NCBI GenBank assembly: GCA_002104905.1
Contig: MCFE01000358.1
Coordinates: 23,647 to 87,646 of the forward strand
From: Basidiobolus meristosporus CBS 931.73
Lineage: Eukaryota; Fungi; Basidiobolomycota
Length of the DNA: 64,000 bases
Reading direction: 5' to 3'
The translations under genes were made by a program, and so were the position numbers. The notes below the pieces were generated by a model, which was given only the letters and a program-made list of their open reading frames with translations, made no database searches and was not told where the DNA came from. The first letter of the stretch is position 1, and every line of letters begins with the position of its first letter. Positions 12,110 through 23,317 of the stretch are shown here, piece after piece.

Positions 12110-13396
12110 ACCCAAACCGTAGCATTGTACAGAATTCAATCAATATTCCGCACTAAATATCATTACTATAAGCGCATCATAGCATTATCTTTGAGTTCAA
12201 ATTTAATATTGAATAAATCACCCTGTAAACGTACTTAGTTCAATGTTGATACGGATTTTTCTCCCCAAAGTACACATGCAACCCGCTACTAGTTCTCAAG
12301 TGTGTTGGCGACAATTATATTACTCTCGCATGTCAGTCTTTCTGAGCACATCATTCCTTATATTATCACAAGAAGTAGGGTTCATGTCTAATTTGCAGTG
12401 AGTTCCGGTAAGTGGGTTACAATCATGAAAGGGTTGGTAACATGGGTAATAGTTTGGGCTGTATAGCGGCCAGCGGCGTTTAATTTATGATCGGTTTAAG
12501 TTTGCAGATCGTTGTGATAAGTCTCTTGATGCCTAACATGTTGGTGATGTACAGGAAGTTGAGAATATCTAGTAGTGAATATGATTGCTTTACTACTATT
12601 GATTGTTCTATTGTTACGAATTCACAATCGGCGGCTGAAGAAGGCAAGTATAGCCATTCGTCTTCATGGGTAGTAGATGTGCCATCATTATTATTCAGCA
12701 TTAATCGATATCATAGTCTTCTGTGTTTAATTGGCAGCGCTTCCGGTACTGGAAGTCTGTTGTGTTATGCTTGGCCTTTACTTCGTCGGAGGTTTACTTT
12801 ATAACTTACTAATGCAACAAACAACAGCGTGATGAGCTGTGGATACTCTAGTGTTCTAACATAACAAACACATCGTCTGCGGCTTCTACACTGCCATGCT
12901 AACTATCAATACCTGAATAAGCATACGAGTTTTGTACACAATTTCCAATACTCTCGCTGACTTGACTGCTTATTACAACGATTAACAGGTGGCTCCAGCA
13001 GCCAATTCCCCCGAAACGGGAGCCGTTAGTACCATCCTACACGTTCAGCCGATCTTTAGTTGAGGACTCTTCCCTACAGCTTTACCGATAACTACCGTCG
13101 TAACTTTCAGGTAGAAGGAAGCTTATACCCGTTCCATCAATAAGGAAGAAGCATGCAATGACCGAGCGTAGTTTCAGGACAAATCCGTCAACCGTGTTTT
13201 TACACTACAATAGTCACCCATTGACATATCTATGCTACTCGTACATAGTGAGTAAATACTACTGCTTACACGACCATCGCACTTACTCCGCATAGATTTG
13301 CTGAAGAGAAAGTTGGGCGGTTCTCGGTTCTGATCATCTGAGGCAAAAATTTATCGAATGTGGGGTGTATTTAGATGTAGAAAAAGTAACTATCGA

Positions 13397-13878
13397 AACA
13401 GAAACTGAAGGCAAACACTAACATTGAAATGGTCATCTAATCATTCCTAATTTGGGGTTGCCTGTGCCATTCTTGGAGCTGAGATTGGATACTATTCCAA
13501 TTAGAGCGTAGCATATATCTTAATGTAGAGATCAATACCAACCAATCGTGATCCCAAGGACCATGAGTATTTGGTTAATGGAATACTCATGGAAAAGCTA
13601 GCTCAGATCTCCGTGCAATTAGTGGCGTCGGTGATTCGGTGCTTTCTAGGACATTGAACATGCTCATGCAATTTAGCTTTGTGGTGGTAAAAAACCCAGC
13701 TTGACAGTAATCTAATCATTATGGGACCAGGCGGAGTTCTGGACTATTTCTGAATTCAGTAATCGCCTCAAACTCCATAGTTCCGCAAGTATAAAGATCT
13801 GCAGTGAGGTAATCATAAGGCACAACCCTTAATACCACTCTTACTCTTACTCTTACTACAACTAGTTACAACTTTACA
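13397..13878 (+). repeat. ~460-480 bp upstream block shared by copies 6, 7, 8 and 9
   Basis: Clear alignment to ~16037-16495, ~19037-19491 and ~21545-22006 (e.g. aaatggtcatctaatcattcc...ggagttctggact...tacaactagttacaactttacaATG). Confidence 0.85.
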
Positions 13879-15189
13879 ATGAGAATCAACAGTCCTCTGG
13901 GACAAGTACTCCTGGTGGGTTTTGTCTGCTTCGCATGTCCCGGCATGTTCAACGTCATCAACGGTATGGGTGCCGGTGGTCAGATGGATGATAACACAGC
14001 CAAGAACGGAAATGTCGCCCTTTACTCTTGCTTTGCCGTGTTCGGATGCCTAGGTGGTGGTTTCTACAACATTCTTGGTGGTCGTCTTTGCTTGTGCCTC
14101 GGTGGTTTGACTTACGCTTTGTACTCTGGCTCGCTCCTCTACTACAACGAGACCAAGAAGCCCGCATTCGTGATCATTGCCAGTGCCATCCTTGGTGTTG
14201 GTGCTGGTATTCTGTGGACAGCTCAGGGTGTGGTGATGATGTCGTATCCCGCGGAAGATCAGAAGGGTCGCTGTGTCGGTCTGTTCTGGATTCTGTTCAA
14301 CCTGGGTGGTGTGATGGGAGCCTTCATTCCATTCGGCCTCAACTTCCACTCTGACAAGGGAGCCGTCAGCAACAGCACCTACCTCGCCTTCCTCGTGATC
14401 ATGATTCTCGGTGCTCTCCTCGGACTCATTCTCTTGCCCCCTGGCAAGGTGATCCGCGATGATGGCAGCAGAGTAGTCGTGAAGAAGTTCACCAACATCG
14501 GCGGCGAGATCGTGGACATCCTCAAGCTCTTCACCAACAAGTACATGCTCCTGCTCACCCCATTGTTCATCAGCTCCAACTGGTTCTACTCCTACCAGTT
14601 CGGCGCCGTGAACGGAGTGTTGTTCAACCTTCGCACCCGTTCCCTCAACAACGCCCTCTACTGGGGATCTCAGATGCTTGGTGCCTACGGCTTGGGTGCC
14701 TTCCTCGACAACCCTCGCTTCGGTCGTCGCGCCAGAGCTGTGTATGGACTGGCGATTGTTGGAGCGATCTTCTCGGCCACCTGGGCCGGAGGACTTGCCC
14801 TTCAGCTCCAATACACTCGTGAGGATCACCCCTCGAACATCGACTTCATCGACCACCCCAGCGAGTTCTGGCCCAAGTTCATCCTGTACATCTTCTATGG
14901 CATGTGTGATGCCATGTTGCAAACCTATGCCTACTGGGTCATGGGAGCCTTGTCGAACGACTCGTCAGTGCTTGCTCGCTATGCTGGCTACTACAAGGGC
15001 ATCCAATCAGCCGGAGCTGCCATTGCCTGGAGAATCGATGCTGTTGGCACTGCCTTCCTTACCCAGCTGATCATCAACTGGGGACTGTTCACTCTGTCTC
15101 TTCCATTCACCTACTTTGTAGCGCGCGAGGTCAAGGAGACCTGTAACGATGGCTCCGAGGAGAAGGGCGAGGTAGCTGACAAAGAGTAG
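13879..15189 (+). CDS. Type A copy 6 (436 aa, intact)
   Basis: Intact ORF; one substitution versus copy 1 (DGSEE in the C-terminal tail). Confidence 0.92.
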   Translation: MRINSPLGQVLLVGFVCFACPGMFNVINGMGAGGQMDDNTAKNGNVALYSCFAVFGCLGGGFYNILGGRLCLCLGGLTYALYSGSLLYYNETKKPAFVIIASAILGVGAGILWTAQGVVMMSYPAEDQKGRCVGLFWILFNLGGVMGAFIPFGLNFHSDKGAVSNSTYLAFLVIMILGALLGLILLPPGKVIRDDGSRVVVKKFTNIGGEIVDILKLFTNKYMLLLTPLFISSNWFYSYQFGAVNGVLFNLRTRSLNNALYWGSQMLGAYGLGAFLDNPRFGRRARAVYGLAIVGAIFSATWAGGLALQLQYTREDHPSNIDFIDHPSEFWPKFILYIFYGMCDAMLQTYAYWVMGALSNDSSVLARYAGYYKGIQSAGAAIAWRIDAVGTAFLTQLIINWGLFTLSLPFTYFVAREVKETCNDGSEEKGEVADKE

Positions 15190-16495
15190 ATGGAATGCAT
15201 GACATTGTACAGGATTTAATCAAGTTTATACTCGAAACATCGCTATTATAAGAGCATCTTTAAAATTCAATATGATAATAAATCAAGATATATTAGTCAT
15301 ATCCTTTATTCCAGGTCGTTCCCGAGTTTTCAATTACCTACAACATCTCAGTAATCCGCTCCAACTCCTCACTTTTTGCTGACAGAAATCTTATATTCAT
15401 CTATGTAGTTCTTTTAAATATATCATTCCTCCACTTTAATGCGAATATTGGTTTCAGTATTACTCATTTCTTTGCTGGACGGAATCTACTTTAATCGATT
15501 GACTTAGTAGGCGTATGACATCTGTTAACAACGTATGGTTTTCGCACGCATAGGCTCGTAGCGCTTGCTGTACCGTTAGCTCTGGTGCACAAATAACTAT
15601 CTAAGGAATGAAATAGTCGATATGCTGATCGTTCGTGTAGCACAGTTGTCAGCGATGTCAAATTACCCACTCATCCTGGTGTGCCGTTCGGTGGGATATA
15701 TTGAAATATGACCAACTAATGTAATCGAAATGACAGAAGGCTTGCTCTAACTCCGAAAAATGACCAAAGATGCAATAGTCAATGGAAACGGAGTATGCGT
15801 TGGCCGAACGATGTTCCATAGCAAATCGACCTACTGTATTTTTTTACACTACTATATTCAATCATCGATATCGCGGTGCTACCTGTACAATTTGAGTAAA
15901 GCAGCTGCTTACACGATTGTATTATCTATTCCACATGGACTTACGAAAAGAGAAATCGGTCAGTTCCCATTTCATATCTGTTACGGTGGTGATGCATTGA
16001 ATGTATGGTATATTTACATACAGCAAATGTAACCATCAAAACAGAAACTGAAGGCAAACATTAACACTGAAATGGTCATCTAATCATTCCTAATTTGGAG
16101 CTGAGATTGGATACTATTCCAATTAGAGCGTAGCATATATCTTAATGTAGAGATCAATACCAACCAATCATGATCACAAGGACCATGAGTATTTGGTTAA
16201 TGGAATACTCATGGAAAAGCTTGCTCAGATCTCTGTGCAATTAGTGGCGTCGGTGATTCGGTGCTTTCTAGGACATTGAACATGCTCATGCAATTTAGCT
16301 TTATGGTGGTAAAAAATCCAGCTTGACAGTAATCTAATCATTATGGGACCAGGCGGAGTTCTGGACTAGTTCTGAATTCAGTAATCGCCTCAAACTCCGT
16401 AGCTCCACAAGTATATAAGATCTGCAGTGAGGTAATCATAAGGCACAACCCTTAATACTACTCTTACTCTTACTACAACTAGTTACAACTTTACA

Positions 16496-17807
16496 ATGAG
16501 AATCAACAGTCCTCTGGGACAAGTACTCCTGGTGGGTTTTGTCTGCTTCGCATGTCCCGGCATGTTCAACGTCATCAACGGTATGGGCGCCGGTGGTCAG
16601 ATGGATGATAACACAGCCAAGAACGGAAATGTCGCCCTTTACTCTTGCTTTGCCGTGTTCGGATGCCTAGGTGGCGGTTTCTACAACATTCTCGGTGGTC
16701 GTCTTTGCTTGTGCCTCGGTGGTTTGACTTACGCTTTGTACTCTGGCTCGCTCCTCTACTACAACGAGACCAAGAAGCCGGCATTCGTGATCATTGCCAG
16801 TGCCATCCTTGGTGTTGGTGCTGGTATTCTGTGGACAGCTCAGGGTGTGGTGATGATGTCGTATCCCGCGGAAGATCAGAAGGGTCGCTGTGTCGGTCTG
16901 TTCTGGATTCTGTTCAACCTGGGTGGTGTGATGGGAGCCTTCATTCCATTCGGCCTCAACTTCCACTCTGACAAGGGCGCCGTCAGCAACAGCACCTACC
17001 TCGCCTTCCTCGTGATCATGATTCTCGGTGCTCTCCTCGGACTCATTCTCTTGCCCCCTGGCAAGGTGATCCGCGATGATGGCAGCAGAGTAGTCGTGAA
17101 GAAGTTCACCAACATCGGTGGTGAGATCGTGGACATCCTCAAGCTCTTCACCAACAAGTACATGCTCCTGCTCACCCCATTGTTCATCAGCTCCAACTGG
17201 TTCTACTCCTATCCAGTTCGGTGCCGTGAACGGAGTGTTGTTCAACCTTCGCACCCGTTCCCTCAACAACGCCCTCTACTGGGGATCTCAGATGCTTGGT
17301 GCCTATGGCTTGGGAGCCTTCCTCGACAACCCTCGCTTCGGTCGTCGTGCCAGAGCTGTGTATGGACTGGCGATTGTTGGAGCGATCTTCTCGGCCACCT
17401 GGGCCGGAGGACTTGCCCTTCAGCTCCAATACACTCGTGAGGATCACCCCTCGAACATCGACTTCATCGACCACCCCAGCGAGTTCTGGCCTAAGTTCAT
17501 CCTGTACATCTTCTATGGCATGTGTGATGCCATGTTGCAAACCTATGCCTACTGGGTCATGGGAGCCTTGTCGAACGACTCATCAGTGCTTGCTCGCTAC
17601 GCTGGCTACTACAAGGGCATTCAATCAGCCGGAGCTGCCATTGCGTGGAGAATCGATGCTGTCGGCACTGCCTTCCTCACCCAGCTGATCATCAATTGGG
17701 GACTGTTCACTCTGTCTCTTCCATTCACCTACTTCGTAGCACGCGAGGTCAAGGAGACCTGTAACGATGGCGCTGAAGAGAAGGGCGAGGTAGCTGACAA
17801 AGAGTAG
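16496..17807 (+). CDS. Type A copy 7; one +1 indel, probably a consensus error
   Basis: 1312 nt with one extra base at tcctatccag (~17212); otherwise full-length. Confidence 0.78.
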
Positions 17808-18359
17808 ATGGAATGCATGATATTGTATAGAATTCAATCACTTTAAACATCATCATAAGAGCATTTTTGAAACACATTATATGAATAAAGAATACATATC
17901 GAAATTTGCTAGCTTCATGTCGATACTGAATTACTCTTCATCTTTACCTAACCTAACAGGCTCTACAAAACTCCAGCTGAAGCGAATAGAATCCACGTAT
18001 TGTGTACTTACGTCTATTTTTATCTTGTCTTTCCTTTGGCTATTTATCGAAGGAATCTGATTTAATCGATTGATTTCGTATCCGATATGTCTGGTCTTCA
18101 TGGAAATTAGGTGTAGGATATTGGTAGCTAATGTTTAGTGCGTTGTGGTATGCAACACTCTGCTAAAGAGCGATATGATCGGCTCGAACAAGACTCGTAC
18201 CGCACAGCTGATTGTGGCACCATACAACACCTCACATAAGTGCTAATTTTCAGTAAAAGCAGGTTGAAAAGGCCATAGTTTACTCCTTATATAGCTATTG
18301 GGATAAGTATTATGATGACCCACGCATAGTAGTAAGTGAAAATGCCAGCCTTTTTTTCG

Positions 18360-18461
18360 GAAGATAGCACTGCAGAGAACCGAATCGGTGGCCTTCACTC
18401 ATGCTTTGCCTCATTCACAGGTTTAGGCTGTGATTTCTACAACGTGCTAGATGGTTTCCTG
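18360..18461 (+). pseudogene. Highly decayed relic of the N-terminal part of a transporter copy
   Basis: Translates EDSTAENRIGGLHSCFASFTGLGCDFYNVLDGFL, colinear with DDNTAKNGNVALYSCFAVFGCLGGGFYNILGGRL. Confidence 0.7.
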
Positions 18462-19491
18462 AGTCACGATATTGTTAGGGTCAGGGTAGCCCTAACCCGT
18501 GTTCATCCCCTGAATTGACTATGACCTCTGTAGTGCCATGATGTATTTCTATGCCTGGTTATTTATTCCAGTCTTGTTCATTATACTAACTACCACAAGG
18601 ACACCCTATCGGTAGGTGCGGTCATTGCATAAATAATCAATTTCCTTATTACCGACTTTCTCACCCTGCTGACCATCAGCTGAGGACGCTTTACCCTATC
18701 ACTTCTGAACATCTATTTCGTAGCATGAGAGATCTCGGAAATCTGTAATTAGTCTACCAACGGGTACAGGATGGGTATTAACAGTACAGAAGCCGAGACC
18801 TAACCAATATACCCCATTTATTGCACTTCCATCATCTATTATCGCTATCTCAATGAGAATAAACACAACCATGATTTACTCCACATAGACTTACGAAATA
18901 GTGTAATAGTCTGTTAATAATTCGGATCCGCCTTGGTAAAATTTTCTCGAACGTGGAGTATGTTCCATAAACATAAAGTGCTAAATCGTAAAGAATTTCA
19001 TGAGATCGAAATAGAATTCAAGGGCAAGCAATAGCATCAGAATGGTCATCCAATCATTCCTAATTTGGGATTCCCAGTGCCCTTGATGAAACTTGAATTG
19101 AACACGGTTCCAATTAGATCGTAGCATATATCCTAACGAAGAGATCAATACCAACCATTTATGATCCCAAGGACCATGAGTATTTGGTTAATGGAATACT
19201 CATGGAAAAGCCTGCTCAGATCTCTGTGCAATTAGTGGCGTCGGTGATCTGGTGCTTTCTAGGACATTGAACATGCTCATGCAATTTAGCTTTGTGATGG
19301 TAAAAAACCCAGCATGACAGCAATCTAATCATTATGGGACCAGGCGGAGTTCTGGACTATTTCTGAATTCAGTAATCGCCTCAAACTCCATAGTTCCGCA
19401 AGTATATAAAGATCTGCAGTGAGGTAATCATAAGGCACAACCCTTAATACTACTCTTACTTACTCTTACTACAACTAGTTACAACTTTACA

Positions 19492-20802
19492 ATGAGAATC
19501 AACAGTCCTCTGGGACAAGTACTCCTGGTGGGTTTTGTCTGCTTCGCATGCCCCGGCATGTTCAACGTCATCAACGGTATGGGCGCCGGTGGTCAGATGG
19601 ATGATAACACAGCCAAGAACGGAAATGTCGCCCTTTACTCTTGCTTTGCCGTATTCGGATGCCTAGGTGGTGGTTTCTACAACATTCTCGGTGGTCGTCT
19701 TTGCTTGTGCCTCGGTGGTTTGACTTACGCTTTGTACTCTGGCTCGCTCCTCTACTACAACGAGACCAAGAAGCCCGCATTCGTGATCATTGCCAGTGCC
19801 ATCCTTGGTGTTGGTGCCGGTATTCTGTGGACAGCTCAGGGTGTGGTGATGATGTCGTATCCCGCGGAAGATCAGAAGGGTCGCTGTGTCGGTCTGTTCT
19901 GGATTCTGTTCAACCTGGGTGGTGTGATGGGAGCCTTCATTCCATTCGGCCTCAACTTCCACTCTGACAAGGGAGCCGTCAGCAACAGCACCTACCTCGC
20001 CTTCCTCGTGATCATGATTCTCGGTGCTCTCCTCGGACTCATTCTCTTGCCCCCTGGCAAGGTGATCCGTGATGATGGCAGCAGAGTAGTCGTGAAGAAG
20101 TTCACCAACATCGGCGGTGAGATCGTGGACATCCTCAAGCTCTTCACCAACAAGTACATGCTCCTGCTCACCCCGTTGTTCATCAGCTCCAACTGGTTCT
20201 ACTCCTACCAGTTCGGCGCCGTGAACGGAGTGTTGTTCAACCTTCGCACCCGTTCCCTCAACAACGCCTTGTACTGGGGATCTCAGATGCTTGGTGCCTA
20301 CGGCTTGGGAGCCTTCCTTGATAACCCTCGCTTCGGTCGTCGCGCCAGAGCTGTGTATGGACTGGCGATTGTTGGAGCAATTTTCTCTGCCACCTGGGCC
20401 GGAGGACTTGCCCTTCAGCTCCAATACACTCGTGAGGATCACCCCTCGAACATCGACTTCATCGACCACCCCAGCGAGTTCTGGCCCAAGTTCATCCTGT
20501 ACATCTTCTATGGCATGTGTGATGCCATGTTGCAAACCTATGCCTACTGGGTCATGGGAGCCTTGTCGAACGACTCGTCAGTGCTTGCTCGCTATGCTGG
20601 CTACTACAAGGGCATCCAATCAGCCGGAGCCGCCATTGCCTGGAGAATCGATGCTGTCGGCACTGCCTTCCTTACCCAGCTGATCATCAACTGGGGACTG
20701 TTCACTCTGTCCCTTCCATTCACCTACTTCGTAGCGCGCGAGGTCAAGGAGACCTGTAACGATGGCGCTGAAGAGAAGGGTGAGGCAGCTGACAAAGAGT
20801 AA
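19492..20802 (+). CDS. Type A copy 8 (436 aa, intact)
   Basis: Intact ORF; one substitution (GEAAD). Confidence 0.92.
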   Translation: MRINSPLGQVLLVGFVCFACPGMFNVINGMGAGGQMDDNTAKNGNVALYSCFAVFGCLGGGFYNILGGRLCLCLGGLTYALYSGSLLYYNETKKPAFVIIASAILGVGAGILWTAQGVVMMSYPAEDQKGRCVGLFWILFNLGGVMGAFIPFGLNFHSDKGAVSNSTYLAFLVIMILGALLGLILLPPGKVIRDDGSRVVVKKFTNIGGEIVDILKLFTNKYMLLLTPLFISSNWFYSYQFGAVNGVLFNLRTRSLNNALYWGSQMLGAYGLGAFLDNPRFGRRARAVYGLAIVGAIFSATWAGGLALQLQYTREDHPSNIDFIDHPSEFWPKFILYIFYGMCDAMLQTYAYWVMGALSNDSSVLARYAGYYKGIQSAGAAIAWRIDAVGTAFLTQLIINWGLFTLSLPFTYFVAREVKETCNDGAEEKGEAADKE

Positions 20803-22006
20803 TTCCAAAGCATTACATTGTACAGAATTAATCAAGACTTCAATTGCAACATCATCTCAAGAGCACTTTCGAGAGAGACATATTAATAAATGAAAACCTA
20901 TCAATAGTTCCTCTCGCACCTCTCTGTGCGAAATACTTTCATTCAAAACGCTTTGTAGCTTGTAATAGATAATTTTTTTTGGAATATACTTACTAAATTT
21001 TGGTGGATAGGCTTACATGAGTGAAAATTGGGTGTATAGTGGGCAAATTCCGTACTTGGCACTACTTAAAATCACTGTAGTGTCGATTTAAAACCGGTAA
21101 TTCCTGGGTGGTAAGACTCCCTGAACCTTATTCTGGCTAGCGAGAGGGCTTGGGGAATCTATACTGTTGATAACTCTTTCTTAACCTTATCCCCAGTAAA
21201 AGACTCTGTACCCTACCTCTTTGAACTAATTACTGTGAGGTTCTCCCAAACCTAAGGAGAACGGAGTGTCTGTTAAAAGTTATAAAGTCCAGACTGGTAC
21301 GATATAGTGCAACTGTTACATAACTATCACCAGTGAACAATGCGTTAGTGTTATTTAACTAGTTGAATAAAGACTAGCGCTTACTTAACCTTTGCATTTT
21401 CTCCGCACAGACTTGCTTAAAGGGGTGACAATCAGTTCATGTTTCAATTCTGATGTATACGAGATTTACTTGTATATGGTGTATATTCCCATACAACACA
21501 CAGCATTGAAATACATGGGAGCGAAGCAGAACCGGATCGAAAACACTAATATTGAAACGGCCATCTAATCATTCCTGATATAGTGTTGCCTGTGCCCTTC
21601 TTGGAACTGGGATTGAATACTGTTCCAATTAGATCGTAGCATATATCTTAATGTAGAGATCAATACCAACCAATCATGATCACAAGGACCATGAGTATTT
21701 GGTTAATGGAATACTCATGGAAAAGCTAGCTCAGATCTCTGTGCAATTAGTGGCGTCGGTGATTCGGTGCTTTCTAGGACATTGAACATGCTCATGCAAT
21801 TTAGCTTTGTGATGGTAAAAAATCCAGCTTGACAGTAATCTAGTCATTATGGGACCAGGCGGAGTTCTGGACTAGTTCTGAATTCAGTAATCGCCTCAAA
21901 CTCCGTAGCTCCACAAGTATATAAGATCTGCAGTGAGGTAATCATAAGGCACAACCCTTAATACTACACTACTCTTACTCTTACTACAACTAGTTACAAC
22001 TTTACA

Positions 22007-23317
22007 ATGAGAATCAACAGTCCTTTGGGACAAGTACTCCTGGTGGGTTTTGTCTGCTTCGCATGTCCCGGCATGTTCAACGTCATCAACGGTATGGGCG
22101 CCGGTGGTCAGATGGACGATAACACAGCCAAGAACGGAAATGTCGCCCTTTACTCTTGCTTTGCCGTGTTCGGATGCCTAGGTGGTGGTTTCTACAACAT
22201 TCTCGGTGGTCGTCTTTGCTTGTGCCTCGGTGGTCTGACTTACGCTTTGTACTCTGGCTCGCTCCTCTACTACAACGAGACCAAGAAGCCCGCATTCGTG
22301 ATCATTGCCAGTGCCATCCTTGGTGTTGGTGCTGGTATTCTGTGGACAGCTCAGGGTGTGGTGATGATGTCGTATCCTGCGGAAGATCAGAAGGGTCGCT
22401 GTGTCGGTCTGTTCTGGATTCTGTTCAACCTGGGTGGTGTGATGGGAGCCTTCATTCCATTCGGCCTCAACTTCCACTCTGACAAGGGAGCCGTCAGCAA
22501 CAGCACCTACCTCGCCTTCCTCGTGATCATGATTCTCGGCGCTCTCCTCGGACTCATTCTCTTGCCCCCTGGCAAGGTGATCCGTGATGATGGCAGCAGA
22601 GTAGTCGTGAAGAAGTTCACCAACATCGGCGGCGAGATCGTGGACATCCTCAAGCTCTTCACCAACAAGTACATGCTCCTGCTCACCCCGTTGTTCATCA
22701 GTTCCAACTGGTTCTACTCCTACCAGTTCGGCGCCGTGAACGGAGTGTTGTTCAACCTTCGCACCCGTTCCCTCAACAACGCCCTTTACTGGGGATCTCA
22801 GATGCTTGGTGCCTACGGCTTAGGAGCCTTCCTTGATAACCCTCGCTTCGGTCGTCGCGCCAGAGCTGTGTATGGACTGGCCATTGTTGGAGCGATCTTC
22901 TCAGCCACCTGGGCCGGAGGTCTTGCCCTTCAGCTCCAATACACTCGTGAGGATCACCCCTCGAACATCGACTTCATCGACCACCCCAGCGAGTTCTGGC
23001 CCAAGTTCATCCTGTACATCTTCTATGGCATGTGTGATGCCATGTTGCAAACCTATGCCTACTGGGTCATGGGAGCCTTGTCGAACGACTCATCAGTGCT
23101 TGCTCGCTACGCTGGCTACTACAAGGGCATCCAATCAGCCGGAGCCGCCATTGCCTGGAGAATCGATGCTGTCGGCACTGCCTTCCTCACCCAGCTGATC
23201 ATCAACTGGGGACTGTTCACTCTGTCTCTTCCATTCACCTACTTTGTAGCGCGCGAGGTCAAGGAGACCTGTAACGATGGCGCTGAAGAGAAGGGTGAGG
23301 TAACAGACAAAGAGTAA
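22007..23317 (+). CDS. Type A copy 9 (436 aa, intact)
   Basis: Intact ORF; one substitution (GEVTD). Confidence 0.92.
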   Translation: MRINSPLGQVLLVGFVCFACPGMFNVINGMGAGGQMDDNTAKNGNVALYSCFAVFGCLGGGFYNILGGRLCLCLGGLTYALYSGSLLYYNETKKPAFVIIASAILGVGAGILWTAQGVVMMSYPAEDQKGRCVGLFWILFNLGGVMGAFIPFGLNFHSDKGAVSNSTYLAFLVIMILGALLGLILLPPGKVIRDDGSRVVVKKFTNIGGEIVDILKLFTNKYMLLLTPLFISSNWFYSYQFGAVNGVLFNLRTRSLNNALYWGSQMLGAYGLGAFLDNPRFGRRARAVYGLAIVGAIFSATWAGGLALQLQYTREDHPSNIDFIDHPSEFWPKFILYIFYGMCDAMLQTYAYWVMGALSNDSSVLARYAGYYKGIQSAGAAIAWRIDAVGTAFLTQLIINWGLFTLSLPFTYFVAREVKETCNDGAEEKGEVTDKE

